From an uncultured virus (IMG/VR IMGVR_UViG_3300035208_003226) (Duplodnaviria; Heunggongvirae; Uroviricota; Caudoviricetes): 64,000 bases of DNA. The DNA is taken from the IMG/VR virus record IMGVR_UViG_3300035208_003226. One strand, written 5' to 3'. Below are positions 20,472 to 30,357 of the stretch, one piece after another. The translations under genes were made by a program, and so were the position numbers. Every line of letters begins with the position of its first letter. Position 1 is the stretch's first letter. Below the pieces are notes generated by a model. It did not search any database, had not been told where the DNA came from, and worked only from the letters and a program-made list of their open reading frames with translations.

Positions 20472-21016
20472 ATAACGAATTATATCAACAAAATCTTGTA
20501 AAATCAATGACAATGCTTGGAAAAGAAAAGAATACAATATTTCTTGGTGAAACTATATTATATGGCGGTTCTCCCATGCATGGAAGTATGAAAAATGTAG
20601 ATAAAAGTAAAATTATAGAAGTTCCAGTTTTTGAAAATACTCAACTTGGAATGTCAATTGGTTTAGCATTAGAAGGATTTATTCCTGTTAGTATATTTCC
20701 TCGTATAGATTTTTTAATATGCGCTATGGATAGTTTAATTAATCATGTAGATAAAGTTTCTGAAATGTCAAAAGGAGAATTTAATACAGGAATAATAATT
20801 AGAACACAACTTGGAAATACAAAGCCACTTTATCCAGGTTGTCAGCATTGTGGAGATTATACATTAGGATTAAAAAAGATGTTAAAGAATGTTGAAGTTA
20901 TAAGATTAAAAAAAGAAGATGATATTATATCAACTTATAAACATGCATTACAAAGAGCAAAGAAAGGATTATCAACATTGATTATTGAAAGTCCATCAGG
21001 AGTGTGGAAGATATGA
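20468..21016 (+). CDS. TPP-dependent enzyme, E1 beta/transketolase pyrimidine-binding subunit (no C-terminal domain)
   Basis: EVPVFE, GMSIGLALEG, PGCQH. Confidence 0.85.
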   Translation: MNNELYQQNLVKSMTMLGKEKNTIFLGETILYGGSPMHGSMKNVDKSKIIEVPVFENTQLGMSIGLALEGFIPVSIFPRIDFLICAMDSLINHVDKVSEMSKGEFNTGIIIRTQLGNTKPLYPGCQHCGDYTLGLKKMLKNVEVIRLKKEDDIISTYKHALQRAKKGLSTLIIESPSGVWKI

Positions 21017-21225
21017 AAGTTAAAGAGCTAATTAAAGAACTTGAAAAAGAAAATCCTGAAATTGATATAGTTATAAGTGGATATGAAGGTGGATATGATG
21101 ATATAAATAGTATTTGTAAAATAAAAATTAAAAATAATGTTAATAAAGGTATTGATTATTTAGGAGCACATGAAAGAGTATATTATGATAATGAAGAATT
21201 CGATAGAGAGGTAATTTTTATATGA
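21013..21225 (+). CDS. Small phage-type hypothetical protein
   Basis: MKVKELIKEL...GYEGG. Confidence 0.6.
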   Translation: MKVKELIKELEKENPEIDIVISGYEGGYDDINSICKIKIKNNVNKGIDYLGAHERVYYDNEEFDREVIFI

Positions 21226-21602
21226 ATGGAGTAATAGTTCGTAAAACAAAAATAGTTTCAGATGATGAACGAAGAACAATTACAGAAGTTATGAATGGAG
21301 AATTAAGAATTGCAAATTTAAAAATACTTCATGTCAAAAAAGGAGAACAACTTCTCGGAAATCACTGGCACCAATATTCCGAAGTGATGCATATAATTAA
21401 AGGAAAAGCAAAATATAGAATGAAAAATATAGATACAGGAGAACAACAAGATTATGATTTGGAAGAAGGAGATACAATTTTCAGAACAGGAAGAGTAACA
21501 CATAGTGGTTGGTTTGAAGAAGATAGTATTATTTTAGATGGAGCAGAATGCACTTATATTGGTTCAGACTTTAATGATATAAAGGAAGTAATTTTAGAAT
21601 GA
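21222..21602 (+). CDS. Cupin, NDP-sugar ketoisomerase/epimerase-like (paralog 1)
   Basis: SDDERR, LGNHWH. Confidence 0.75.
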   Translation: MNGVIVRKTKIVSDDERRTITEVMNGELRIANLKILHVKKGEQLLGNHWHQYSEVMHIIKGKAKYRMKNIDTGEQQDYDLEEGDTIFRTGRVTHSGWFEEDSIILDGAECTYIGSDFNDIKEVILE

Positions 21603-21679
21603 TTAAAAACCTAATATCAAATGGATTTGTAGCATCTCATCTTGCAGATTTACTTTTAGAAAAAGGAGGGATAAAATGA
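21599..21679 (+). pseudogene. Duplicated 5' fragment of the gmd-like gene
   Basis: MIKNLISNGFVASHLADLLLEKG matches the start of 22303..23319. Confidence 0.8.
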
Positions 21680-21930
21680 GTATTGAAACAAAAGTAGCAA
21701 GAGAATTAATTTGTAAAGCTATTAATTCTAATAATGAAAGTGAAACAGGAATATTTGAAGAAGAAAAATATAAAGTTATATATCATGATGCTCCGTTTAG
21801 AATAATTGGAGTTATAATTAAAAAAGAAAATAACGAACGTTTATATTTTAGATGGGAATTATATTCGGATAAATTAAGAAAAGTTTCCGAACATGATGCT
21901 GAAATGCAGGAGTTTATGAATAATTATTAA
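21676..21930 (+). CDS. Hypothetical protein
   Basis: 84 aa with AAGGAGG RBS. Confidence 0.6.
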   Translation: MSIETKVARELICKAINSNNESETGIFEEEKYKVIYHDAPFRIIGVIIKKENNERLYFRWELYSDKLRKVSEHDAEMQEFMNNY

Positions 21931-21931
21931 A

Positions 21932-22306
21932 ATGAACGGAGTTAAAATATATCCAATTAAATTAGCACATTCAGATAGTCGTAGAGATATATTAGAAATG
22001 TTTAATGGCGATTTTAATTGTAAACAAGTTAAAGTTTTAAAAGTAAGAAAATATAATATACTTGGAAATCATTATCATACTTATCGTGAGATAAGATATT
22101 TGCTTAAAGGTAAAATTCAATATTATTTAAAAGACATCAATACTGGAATAGAAGAACAATTTATAATGAATGAAGGAGATATTATGATAACCGAATCTTA
22201 TATTGCTCATACTGGAGAATTTTTAGATGATAGTATAATTATAGAAGGAACAGAAGAAGAATATATTGATGCTAAACATAATGATGTGGTATATAAATTA
22301 AAATGA
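21932..22306 (+). CDS. Cupin, NDP-sugar ketoisomerase/epimerase-like (paralog 2)
   Basis: SDSRR, LGNHYH; similar to 21222..21602. Confidence 0.75.
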   Translation: MNGVKIYPIKLAHSDSRRDILEMFNGDFNCKQVKVLKVRKYNILGNHYHTYREIRYLLKGKIQYYLKDINTGIEEQFIMNEGDIMITESYIAHTGEFLDDSIIIEGTEEEYIDAKHNDVVYKLK

Positions 22307-23319
22307 TTAAAAATTTAATAACAGGTCCAGGATTCGTTGCAAGCCATCTTGCAGATTTACTTCTTGAAAAAGGAGAAGAAGTTTACATAACATATAGGTG
22401 GACTGATAATTGCGATAGCTTTAATCATATAAAAGATAAAGTTCATTGGGTTCTTATGGATTTAAATGATTTAAGTAGTTGTATAAAAGCAATTGATGAA
22501 GTAAAACCAGATTATATATTTCATCTTGGTGCTCAGAGTTATCCTTCAGCATCTTTTATATATCCTGAAGAAACAATAAGAACAAATACTCTTGGAACTT
22601 ATAATCTTTTAGAAGCAGTTAGAATTGTTAGAGACAAAGCAGATATGTTTAATCTTCATAAAGAGAATGGTTATTTATATAATCCGATTATTCACGTTTG
22701 TTCATCAAGTGAAGTTTATGGACTTGTTAAAAAAGAAGATGTTCCAATAAAAGAAACACAAGCTTTTAACCCAGCCAATCCATATGCAGTAGGAAAAGTT
22801 GGAGAAGATATGATAGCATTAATGTATTGGACAAATTATAAAATTAAAACCATTAGAACAAGAATGTTTACTCATACTGGTCCAAGAAGAACAATGTTAA
22901 GTGCTGAAGTTAATTTTGCTAAACAAATTGCTGAATTTGAAAAACAAGAAAAGATAAAACCACAAAAACAATACGTATTAAAGCATGGAAATCTTGATAG
23001 TATTAGAACATGGGCAGATGTTAGAGATGCGATTCAAGCATATTATCTCCTTGTAAGAAAAGGAAAAATCGGTGAAGTTTATAATATTGGTGGTAAAGAT
23101 ACAAGAACAATTGGAGAAATGTTAGATTATCTTATATCTCTTTCACCTTTGAAAACTAAAATAAAAAAAGAATTGGACCCATCATTACTTCGTCCATACG
23201 ATGTTACGCTTCAAATTCCTGATTGTTTTAAGTTTATAAAAGAAACAGGTTGGAAAAGAACCATAACCTTTGAACAAACAATGCAGGATTTATTAAATTG
23301 GTGGAGACAGGAGGTTTAA
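22303..23319 (+). CDS. gmd: GDP-mannose 4,6-dehydratase/Rmd-like SDR
   Basis: TGPGFVASH, HLGAQS, SSSEVYG, YAVGK, GNLDSIR, LLRP; Gmd and Rmd not distinguishable by eye. Confidence 0.8.
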   Translation: MIKNLITGPGFVASHLADLLLEKGEEVYITYRWTDNCDSFNHIKDKVHWVLMDLNDLSSCIKAIDEVKPDYIFHLGAQSYPSASFIYPEETIRTNTLGTYNLLEAVRIVRDKADMFNLHKENGYLYNPIIHVCSSSEVYGLVKKEDVPIKETQAFNPANPYAVGKVGEDMIALMYWTNYKIKTIRTRMFTHTGPRRTMLSAEVNFAKQIAEFEKQEKIKPQKQYVLKHGNLDSIRTWADVRDAIQAYYLLVRKGKIGEVYNIGGKDTRTIGEMLDYLISLSPLKTKIKKELDPSLLRPYDVTLQIPDCFKFIKETGWKRTITFEQTMQDLLNWWRQEV

Positions 23320-23517
23320 ATGGAATATAAAAGTGAAAAGCATAAAGAAATAGTTGAAGAATTTGAAAGAAGTAATGTTATTGCAGAATGTAGATATGGT
23401 GAAGGTGGAACTTGTTATGTGGGATGTTGTAATTTTTATAACTGTTGGGTGAAACCAGTAGAAGAAAAAGAAAGTAAACCAAATAAATTAGAAGAAGAAG
23501 TGGATGGTATGTGCTAA
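23320..23517 (+). CDS. Small Cys-rich hypothetical protein
   Basis: 65 aa with GGAGG RBS. Confidence 0.5.
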   Translation: MEYKSEKHKEIVEEFERSNVIAECRYGEGGTCYVGCCNFYNCWVKPVEEKESKPNKLEEEVDGMC

Positions 23518-24773
23518 TGAAAATTAATTTTGTAATACCCAGCTGGCATTATTGGGCGGAACCACTAAGAGCACAACCACTTACACAATTATATCTTGCA
23601 ACAATACTTGAAGATAAAGGATGTGATATAGAATTTACAGATTTTAGAGATGGGAAAAAGGTGCCTCAACAATCAGATTTATATCTCTACACAATAGCCA
23701 GTCCTGATTTAACCGAATGTCAAGAGATAGCCAAAGATATAAAAAAGATATACCCAAATTCATTACATATTGCTGGTGGACCACACCCATCAATTCTTCC
23801 TGAACAAACAAAAGGATTTGATAGTATTATTGTTGGTAAAGGTGAAGGAGCATTAGAACAAGTATTAAGAGATTATCCTAACATAAAACCAAAATATGAA
23901 CATATAGAATTAAATAAATTGTTAGAAGAATATCCATTTCCAAGGAGAGATTTTTTAAGTAAAGATAAAATAATAAACGAACATTTATTTAAAACAGATG
24001 ATATAACTTCAACAACTGCACAATTTAGTTTTGGTTGCCCATTTGGATGTAACTTCTGTGCAAACTATTCAAGAGGTCCAATAAGAAGAAATAGTTTACA
24101 AAAAATATCAGATGAAATTGATTATTTAAAATCTGAATATGGAGTAAAAGGATTATCATTACAAGATGAAGTTTGTATTCCTTTTAATAAAAAAGAAGCA
24201 TTAGATTGGCTTAACTTAATTAAAAGTAAAGATATAAAATGGAGAGGACAAATAAGATTAAGAACTGATGAAGATATATTACAATTAGCGAAAGAAAGTG
24301 GTTTGGTAGAATTAAGTTTCGGTATAGAAAGTGTTAATAAAAAGGTTTTAGAAATTGCAGAAAAGCACATAGATATAAACGATGCAGAAAAAATGATTGA
24401 TATGTGTAAGAAATATGATATAAAAACAAGAATATATCTTCTTAATGGATTGCCTGGAGAAACAATGGGAATAGTTCAGGAAACAAAAGACTTTGTAAAT
24501 AAAACAAATCCAGATTTGGTTTTACTTTCTTCGCTTCAACCATATCCTGGAAGTCCAATTTATAATAATCCACAAAAGTATTGTATAAAATGGGTTAGTA
24601 AAGATTGGGATAAATTTAATCATTTGGTTTGCAGATTTAAAGATAGTAAAGATAATCCGGAAGATGCAGTTCCATATGAGTATGAAGAAGGAAAGGGTTT
24701 AACAAGAAAACAGATTATGAATAATATGTTAGAATTACAAGAATTTTTAAGAGAAAGAGGAGCAAATAAATGA
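23517..24773 (+). CDS. B12-binding radical SAM enzyme
   Basis: GGPHPS, GCPFGCNFC, GIES, PYPGS. Confidence 0.9.
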   Translation: MKINFVIPSWHYWAEPLRAQPLTQLYLATILEDKGCDIEFTDFRDGKKVPQQSDLYLYTIASPDLTECQEIAKDIKKIYPNSLHIAGGPHPSILPEQTKGFDSIIVGKGEGALEQVLRDYPNIKPKYEHIELNKLLEEYPFPRRDFLSKDKIINEHLFKTDDITSTTAQFSFGCPFGCNFCANYSRGPIRRNSLQKISDEIDYLKSEYGVKGLSLQDEVCIPFNKKEALDWLNLIKSKDIKWRGQIRLRTDEDILQLAKESGLVELSFGIESVNKKVLEIAEKHIDINDAEKMIDMCKKYDIKTRIYLLNGLPGETMGIVQETKDFVNKTNPDLVLLSSLQPYPGSPIYNNPQKYCIKWVSKDWDKFNHLVCRFKDSKDNPEDAVPYEYEEGKGLTRKQIMNNMLELQEFLRERGANK

Positions 24774-24970
24774 GATTTCTTGACTTTCTTATAATTTGTT
24801 GGTTGATATTTTTATTTATAGTTATGAGTATTATGTTAATTCCATTTATTTTAATACTTATATTGTTTTTTTATTATCCAATATATTTCATAATTCTTTT
24901 CATAATAACAATTTTGATATTTTCATATGTGAGAATTAAAAAAGGGGATAAAAAAGGAATTAAAAAATGA
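24770..24970 (+). CDS. Small hydrophobic membrane protein
   Basis: Two TM segments and a basic tail; ATGA-coupled. Confidence 0.5.
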   Translation: MRFLDFLIICWLIFLFIVMSIMLIPFILILILFFYYPIYFIILFIITILIFSYVRIKKGDKKGIKK

Positions 24971-25662
24971 TAATAGGAATACCAGTATACAAAGATATTG
25001 ACGGATTTAAAAGAATGATGGAAACCTTTTTAGCATCTACAACAGAAACAAAATATAATATTATTATTGTTGAAAGTGAAACTCCAGGAATACAAGAAAT
25101 TTGTGATACCTATTTTATATCCCAACTACCAAATGAAACATCGTTACAAATATATCATACAAAAAAAGAAGGTCCACTAAAAGCATATGAACTTCTTTTT
25201 AATATTGCAAAAGAAAGAAAAGAAGATTTGTTTTTAACACAAACAGATGTTATATTTCCAGAATTATATGGAAGAAATTGGCTTAAAGAAATGCAAGAAA
25301 TATCAAAAAGAGAAAATTGCGGAATGATAACTTGTTTAGGTGGCGGAGGAATATCTGGTCCAGATTTTATAGATGGTTTTAAATGGGTGGGAGCATGGAT
25401 TTTATATATTCCTTATAGAGTTATTGAAAAACTTGGAGGATATGATATGAATATTCCTCTTGGATGGGGAGTAGACATAGATTATACTTATGCCGTTGTA
25501 AGTTTAGGATATAACATATATCAAATTAATTATTGGGTTCAACATTATCCTAATTATGAAGAAGCACACGAACATGAAAAAGTGAATGATATTGAAAATT
25601 TAAAAAAAGAAGCATATAGATATATGAGAGAGAAATGGAAAGTAGGAGAATATAAAAAATGA
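24967..25662 (+). CDS. GT2-like glycosyltransferase
   Basis: IGIPVY, QTDV, LGGYD, GVDIDY. Confidence 0.75.
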   Translation: MIIGIPVYKDIDGFKRMMETFLASTTETKYNIIIVESETPGIQEICDTYFISQLPNETSLQIYHTKKEGPLKAYELLFNIAKERKEDLFLTQTDVIFPELYGRNWLKEMQEISKRENCGMITCLGGGGISGPDFIDGFKWVGAWILYIPYRVIEKLGGYDMNIPLGWGVDIDYTYAVVSLGYNIYQINYWVQHYPNYEEAHEHEKVNDIENLKKEAYRYMREKWKVGEYKK

Positions 25663-26366
25663 GTTGGACTGATAAAAAAGCAATAGAAACAATTAAGTTT
25701 TTAAGAGATAAATATAAAGTAAAAACATTTATTGAGACGGGTGCATTCAAAGGTATTAATGCTGAACTTCATAGTAATAATTTTGAGAATGTTTATACTT
25801 GTGAAAAAATAAAAGAGTATTATGATGCATCATTAGAAAGATTAAAAGAATATTCAAATGTAAAACTTTATAATTTAACAAGTAAAGAATTTTTAATTTG
25901 TTCTACTATTCCTCCATTTCCAAAAGAACCATTTATATTTTATCTTGATGCTCATTTCTATGAAAAAGGATGTAAAACAAATAGAGAAAGATTTGTGGTT
26001 CTCGATGAATTAAAGTCTCTTGAAGGAAGAACAAAATCAATTATAATTATTCATGATTTTAAAAATGGATTAGGTGGAATAACATATGACGGAATAGACC
26101 TTGATATGAAATTATTGCGAAAACCATTATTAAGAGTTAATCCTAAGTTTAATTTTTATACAAACAATATTGAAGGATGTAATCCCGTTACACAAAATTA
26201 TTCGGATATTGTAAATTGTGGATTAAATTTAGATGATGAAACATTAGATAATATTAATTATGCTTGGACTTGTCCTCGTTTGACTTATAGAGGGATTTTA
26301 TATGCTCTCCCATCAAAATTGACAAAAGAAGAAATGAAAAAGTTGGGGTTAAGAAAATGGAATTAA
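25659..26366 (+). CDS. Class I SAM methyltransferase-like protein
   Basis: FIETG, YLDAH, IIHDF. Confidence 0.65.
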   Translation: MSWTDKKAIETIKFLRDKYKVKTFIETGAFKGINAELHSNNFENVYTCEKIKEYYDASLERLKEYSNVKLYNLTSKEFLICSTIPPFPKEPFIFYLDAHFYEKGCKTNRERFVVLDELKSLEGRTKSIIIIHDFKNGLGGITYDGIDLDMKLLRKPLLRVNPKFNFYTNNIEGCNPVTQNYSDIVNCGLNLDDETLDNINYAWTCPRLTYRGILYALPSKLTKEEMKKLGLRKWN

Positions 26367-26488
26367 AATTTAATACAAATGGAACTATAAGATTAATATA
26401 TATGGGATATGAATTAGATTTGAGAGATTTGTATTATGAAGAATTGAAATTAAATGTTTATAATCAATTAGGATACAAATGGAATTAA
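26357..26488 (+). CDS. Small inserted ORF (43 aa)
   Basis: Read by hand (MELKFNTNG...GYKWN); fills the gap and is flanked by a duplicated junction. Confidence 0.5.
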   Translation: MELKFNTNGTIRLIYMGYELDLRDLYYEELKLNVYNQLGYKWN

Positions 26489-27063
26489 ACTTAAAAGGAA
26501 AAAAAGCACTTGTAACAGGAGGAAGTAAAGGTATTGGACTTGCAATTAAAAAAGCATTAGAAGAAGAAGGAGTAGAAGTTATAAGTTGGAGTAGAAGTGA
26601 AGGACAAGATTTAGAAAAAGAAATTCCTGAAGTTCCAGATGTAGATATAATTATCAATAATGTTGGAGGTGGAGGAAGTTCAAATCAGTGGGATTGGGAA
26701 TATAAAATAGTTAAAAACCTTGGAGTTATGTCAGATATTATTTGTGAATGGTTAATACAAGAAAAGAAATGGGGAAGAGTTATAACCATATCAAGTATTT
26801 ATGGAACTAATCCTGGAATCAATGCTGGATTTGCTGCAGTAAAAGCATCACAAATAATGTTTATGAAATCTTTGGCATATCAAAATAGTCATCCAGGAAT
26901 AACTTTTAATTGCGTTTCTCCTGCAGAAGTATCGGATGCTGGAACACCAAAAGATGTTAAATTAAAAGCAAAAGATATTGCAGATTTAGTTACTTTTCTT
27001 TGTAGTGATAAAGCCGAAATGATAAACGGACAAAACATAGTTGTAGGAGAATATGATGCCTAA
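26479..27063 (+). CDS. Short-chain dehydrogenase/reductase
   Basis: TGGSKGIG, NNVG, ISS; FAAVK in place of YxxxK. Confidence 0.85.
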   Translation: MELNLKGKKALVTGGSKGIGLAIKKALEEEGVEVISWSRSEGQDLEKEIPEVPDVDIIINNVGGGGSSNQWDWEYKIVKNLGVMSDIICEWLIQEKKWGRVITISSIYGTNPGINAGFAAVKASQIMFMKSLAYQNSHPGITFNCVSPAEVSDAGTPKDVKLKAKDIADLVTFLCSDKAEMINGQNIVVGEYDA

Positions 27064-27421
27064 AAATATAACAGATAAAAAAGAACAAAAACAATTAGAT
27101 GAATTATGGAAAAATAAAGTTAAAGAAAGAGATAATCATATGTGTCAAGTTTGTCAAAAGAAAGTAACAGGGCATAATTGTCAAGCACATCATATTATTC
27201 CAAGAGGAATTAAAACTTGTCGATGGGATGTAGATAATGGAATAACATTATGTTATCAACATCATAAAGTTGGTGTAAAATCTGCACATCTTAATGCTGT
27301 TTGGTTTACATTTTGGTTAAAAACAAATAAATATTCACAGTTTAGATATATTATAAGTAAATTAAAAGAAATTGAATCACAAAAAAATGAAAAAAGAAAT
27401 AGCAATAGTAATACCAAATAA
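27053..27421 (+). CDS. HNH endonuclease
   Basis: RDNHMCQVC, AHHI, NGITLCYQHH. Confidence 0.85.
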   Translation: MMPKNITDKKEQKQLDELWKNKVKERDNHMCQVCQKKVTGHNCQAHHIIPRGIKTCRWDVDNGITLCYQHHKVGVKSAHLNAVWFTFWLKTNKYSQFRYIISKLKEIESQKNEKRNSNSNTK

Positions 27422-28685
27422 TCCTTTTTTAATAAACGAAAAGGTATTTCCAAATATTAGTGCATTAAGAGTAGCAACTGTTCTTAAAAATGAAGGACAT
27501 TCTGTAGATGTTCTTGATTTTACAGGAAAGAAACCAGAAGATATAATACCTTATGCAAACAACTATGAATATTTTGGATTCAGTTCTACAACCCCTCAAT
27601 TTCCTCACGTAATAAAAATATATAATGAATTAAAAAAAATAAATCCACAAGCAAAAACTATTATCGGCGGTGCACATCCCAGTGCTTTATATCCTCTTCG
27701 TGAAAAAGGGATTGAAGATATAAATATAAAAGATATAGAAATGTTTGATACTATTTTTGCTGGCGAAGGAGAAGATACAACAAATTTATTTAAATCTGGA
27801 TGGCAAAAAAGTAATCTTATTAAAAAATTAGATGATATGCCAATACCAGATAGAGATTTAATTGATATAAAAAGTTATCATTATAATTTAAATGATGTAG
27901 ATACTACTTGTATTATGACGCAAAGAGGATGCCCTCATCAATGTGCTTTTTGTTGCGGTAGAGATATAGAAATGTATAATCATGTTCGTTTTCATTCTCC
28001 TGAAAGAGTTCTTGAAGAATTAGATATGCTAAATAAAAAATATGGATATAAAAGTTTTATGGTTTATGATGATGAATGTAATATTAATATTTCTCGTCTT
28101 GAAGAATTATGCAAAGCATTATCAAAAAAAGATTATAAATTTAGAGGATTTGTAAGAAGTGATAGTATAGTTAAATATCCTGAAAGTGTTAAATGGATGA
28201 AAGATGCAGGATTTGTAAAATTATGCACAGGAGTTGAAAGTGGTTCAGATAGAATATTAAACATTATTGGTAAAAAATGTTCAGTTGCAGAAAATACAGA
28301 AGCAAGGAAATTAATAAAAGATGCTGGAATACATTATGAATCGTTTATGATTATTGGACATCCAGATGAAACAATGAAAGATATAGAAATGACAAAACAA
28401 TGGCTTATAGATAATAAACCTGACGATTTTGATATTAATATTCTCACTCCATATCCTGGAAGTAGAATATATGATGAAGCAGTAAAAAGCGAAAGATTTA
28501 TAAACTATACTTTTGAATATAAAGGATTGTATCTTAATAAACCAAGATATTTAAAAGAGGATAGTTTTTATAAGGGGTTGAATAAGCAAAGTCGTAGTGA
28601 AGTAAGAACTAATGAACTATCTAATGAAGATTTAAAAATGTTAAGAGATAAAATTGATAAAGAGGTGAGAGAATGCATAAAGTAG
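27387..28685 (+). CDS. B12-binding radical SAM enzyme
   Basis: GGAHPS, RGCPHQCAFC, GVESG, PYPGS. Confidence 0.9.
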   Translation: MKKEIAIVIPNNPFLINEKVFPNISALRVATVLKNEGHSVDVLDFTGKKPEDIIPYANNYEYFGFSSTTPQFPHVIKIYNELKKINPQAKTIIGGAHPSALYPLREKGIEDINIKDIEMFDTIFAGEGEDTTNLFKSGWQKSNLIKKLDDMPIPDRDLIDIKSYHYNLNDVDTTCIMTQRGCPHQCAFCCGRDIEMYNHVRFHSPERVLEELDMLNKKYGYKSFMVYDDECNINISRLEELCKALSKKDYKFRGFVRSDSIVKYPESVKWMKDAGFVKLCTGVESGSDRILNIIGKKCSVAENTEARKLIKDAGIHYESFMIIGHPDETMKDIEMTKQWLIDNKPDDFDINILTPYPGSRIYDEAVKSERFINYTFEYKGLYLNKPRYLKEDSFYKGLNKQSRSEVRTNELSNEDLKMLRDKIDKEVRECIK

Positions 28686-29512
28686 ATATAATGATATGTT
28701 CAAAGGATAGACCAACTGAAATATTTGGTTTATTACAAAGTTTAAGAACACAAACATTCCAGAATTTTGATGTTTATATAATGGACGATAGAAGTGGACA
28801 ACCAATTCAAATATTTAATTTTGTTCAAGTAATTATAAATAGATTAAAACTTGAAAATCATTTTGTAACAATTTGGCGAAATGAAATTCCATACGGAGTA
28901 ACTCGTCTTCGTCAGATTATGGTTGATAAGATATTAGAGGTTGGAACAGGAGATTTAATACTTCGGCTTGATGATGATAATCTTTTAGAACCAGACTTCA
29001 TAGAAAAACTTGTAGAAACAATAGATGCAGGATACGATATTGCAGGATGTCTTGTTCCTCATTGTGCTATTCCTTTTATTAAAAGAGAAACAAAATATGT
29101 TAAGCCATTTATATCTGATGTTCGATTAAATGAAAAAGGCGAGATAATATACTTTGGTGACGATTGTGGTTGTGAATATATTGAAAAGGAAATAATACCA
29201 AGTCCGAACTTCAGAAGTATGGCTCTTATAAAAAAGAAAGTCCACCAAAAAGTTAAGTATGAAGATAATCTCGGCTTTTGTTCTTATAGAGAAGAACAGT
29301 TTTTTAGTTTCAGAGCATTACTTGAAGGTTTTAAAATAGGAATACATACAGGAGCAGTTGCTTATCATCTTGCAACTCCAAGTGGTGGTGAAAGAACCCA
29401 AGCATATTCAGATGGATTACAAACTAACCACGAACTTTTAAATCGTTGGTGCCAAAAGATATTCGCAGAAAAAGGAGACTTTTTACAAAAGTATCGGGAG
29501 CAATTCAAATGA
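28673..29512 (+). CDS. GT2 glycosyltransferase
   Basis: SKDRP, DDRS, RLDDD. Confidence 0.85.
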   Translation: MHKVDIMICSKDRPTEIFGLLQSLRTQTFQNFDVYIMDDRSGQPIQIFNFVQVIINRLKLENHFVTIWRNEIPYGVTRLRQIMVDKILEVGTGDLILRLDDDNLLEPDFIEKLVETIDAGYDIAGCLVPHCAIPFIKRETKYVKPFISDVRLNEKGEIIYFGDDCGCEYIEKEIIPSPNFRSMALIKKKVHQKVKYEDNLGFCSYREEQFFSFRALLEGFKIGIHTGAVAYHLATPSGGERTQAYSDGLQTNHELLNRWCQKIFAEKGDFLQKYREQFK

Positions 29513-30357
29513 AAATCGGATTTATTGGGCAAGGTTGGATTGGAAAAAATTATGCAGACGATTTTGAAGATAGAGGATATAAAGTAGTTCGTTATGATTT
29601 AGAAAAATATAAAATGAACAAATCAAAAATTAAAACTTGTGATATTGTTTTTATAGCAATACCTACTCCAAGCACAATAAAAAAAGGACAAGATTATGTT
29701 GATGTAGATATTAATGAAACATTGTTTAAAGTGGTTCGAGATGATACAAAAGATGGGCAAATAATTGTTATTAAATCTACAGTTATGCCCGGAACAACAG
29801 AAACATTACAAGACGCTTTTCCTCATAAATATATTATACATAGTCCTGAATTTTTAACAGAAAAAACAGCAAGATATGATGTTTCAAATCCTTCTATGAA
29901 TATAGTTGGTTATACTACCAAATCAAAATGTAAAGCAGGAGATGTTATGAAAATACTTCCTTGTGCACCTTATGAAAAAATGGTAGACAGTAACCATTCT
30001 GAAATGCTAAAATATATGATTAATTGTTGGTTTTATATGAAAGTTCTTACAATGAATACTTTTTATGATGTTGCAAAGGCAAAAGGATTAGATTATAACG
30101 AACTTATAGATATGATGGGAGCAGATAAAAGAGTTGGACGAACACATCTTGTTGCTGAACATCAAGGTGGAAGAGGTGCAGGTGGACATTGTTTTATAAA
30201 AGATTTTGCAGCATATAGAAGTTTGTATGGAAAAAACGTTAGAAATAAATTCTTTGGAGACCAATTGCTACATTCTGCAGAAGAATATAATAAGTATCTT
30301 TTAGATACATCAGGAAAAGACAAAGAATTATTAGAAGGGGTTTATATATCAAAATGA
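29509..30357 (+). CDS. NDP-sugar 6-dehydrogenase (UDP-glucose/GDP-mannose dehydrogenase family), lacking the C-terminal domain
   Basis: GQGWIG, IPTP, KSTVMPG, SPEFL, GGHCFIKD. Confidence 0.88.
   Translation: MKIGFIGQGWIGKNYADDFEDRGYKVVRYDLEKYKMNKSKIKTCDIVFIAIPTPSTIKKGQDYVDVDINETLFKVVRDDTKDGQIIVIKSTVMPGTTETLQDAFPHKYIIHSPEFLTEKTARYDVSNPSMNIVGYTTKSKCKAGDVMKILPCAPYEKMVDSNHSEMLKYMINCWFYMKVLTMNTFYDVAKAKGLDYNELIDMMGADKRVGRTHLVAEHQGGRGAGGHCFIKDFAAYRSLYGKNVRNKFFGDQLLHSAEEYNKYLLDTSGKDKELLEGVYISK

Noticed and set aside
19821..21016. Pyruvate dehydrogenase as an energy-metabolism gene
   Set aside because: Short subunits, no E2 or E3, embedded among sugar genes
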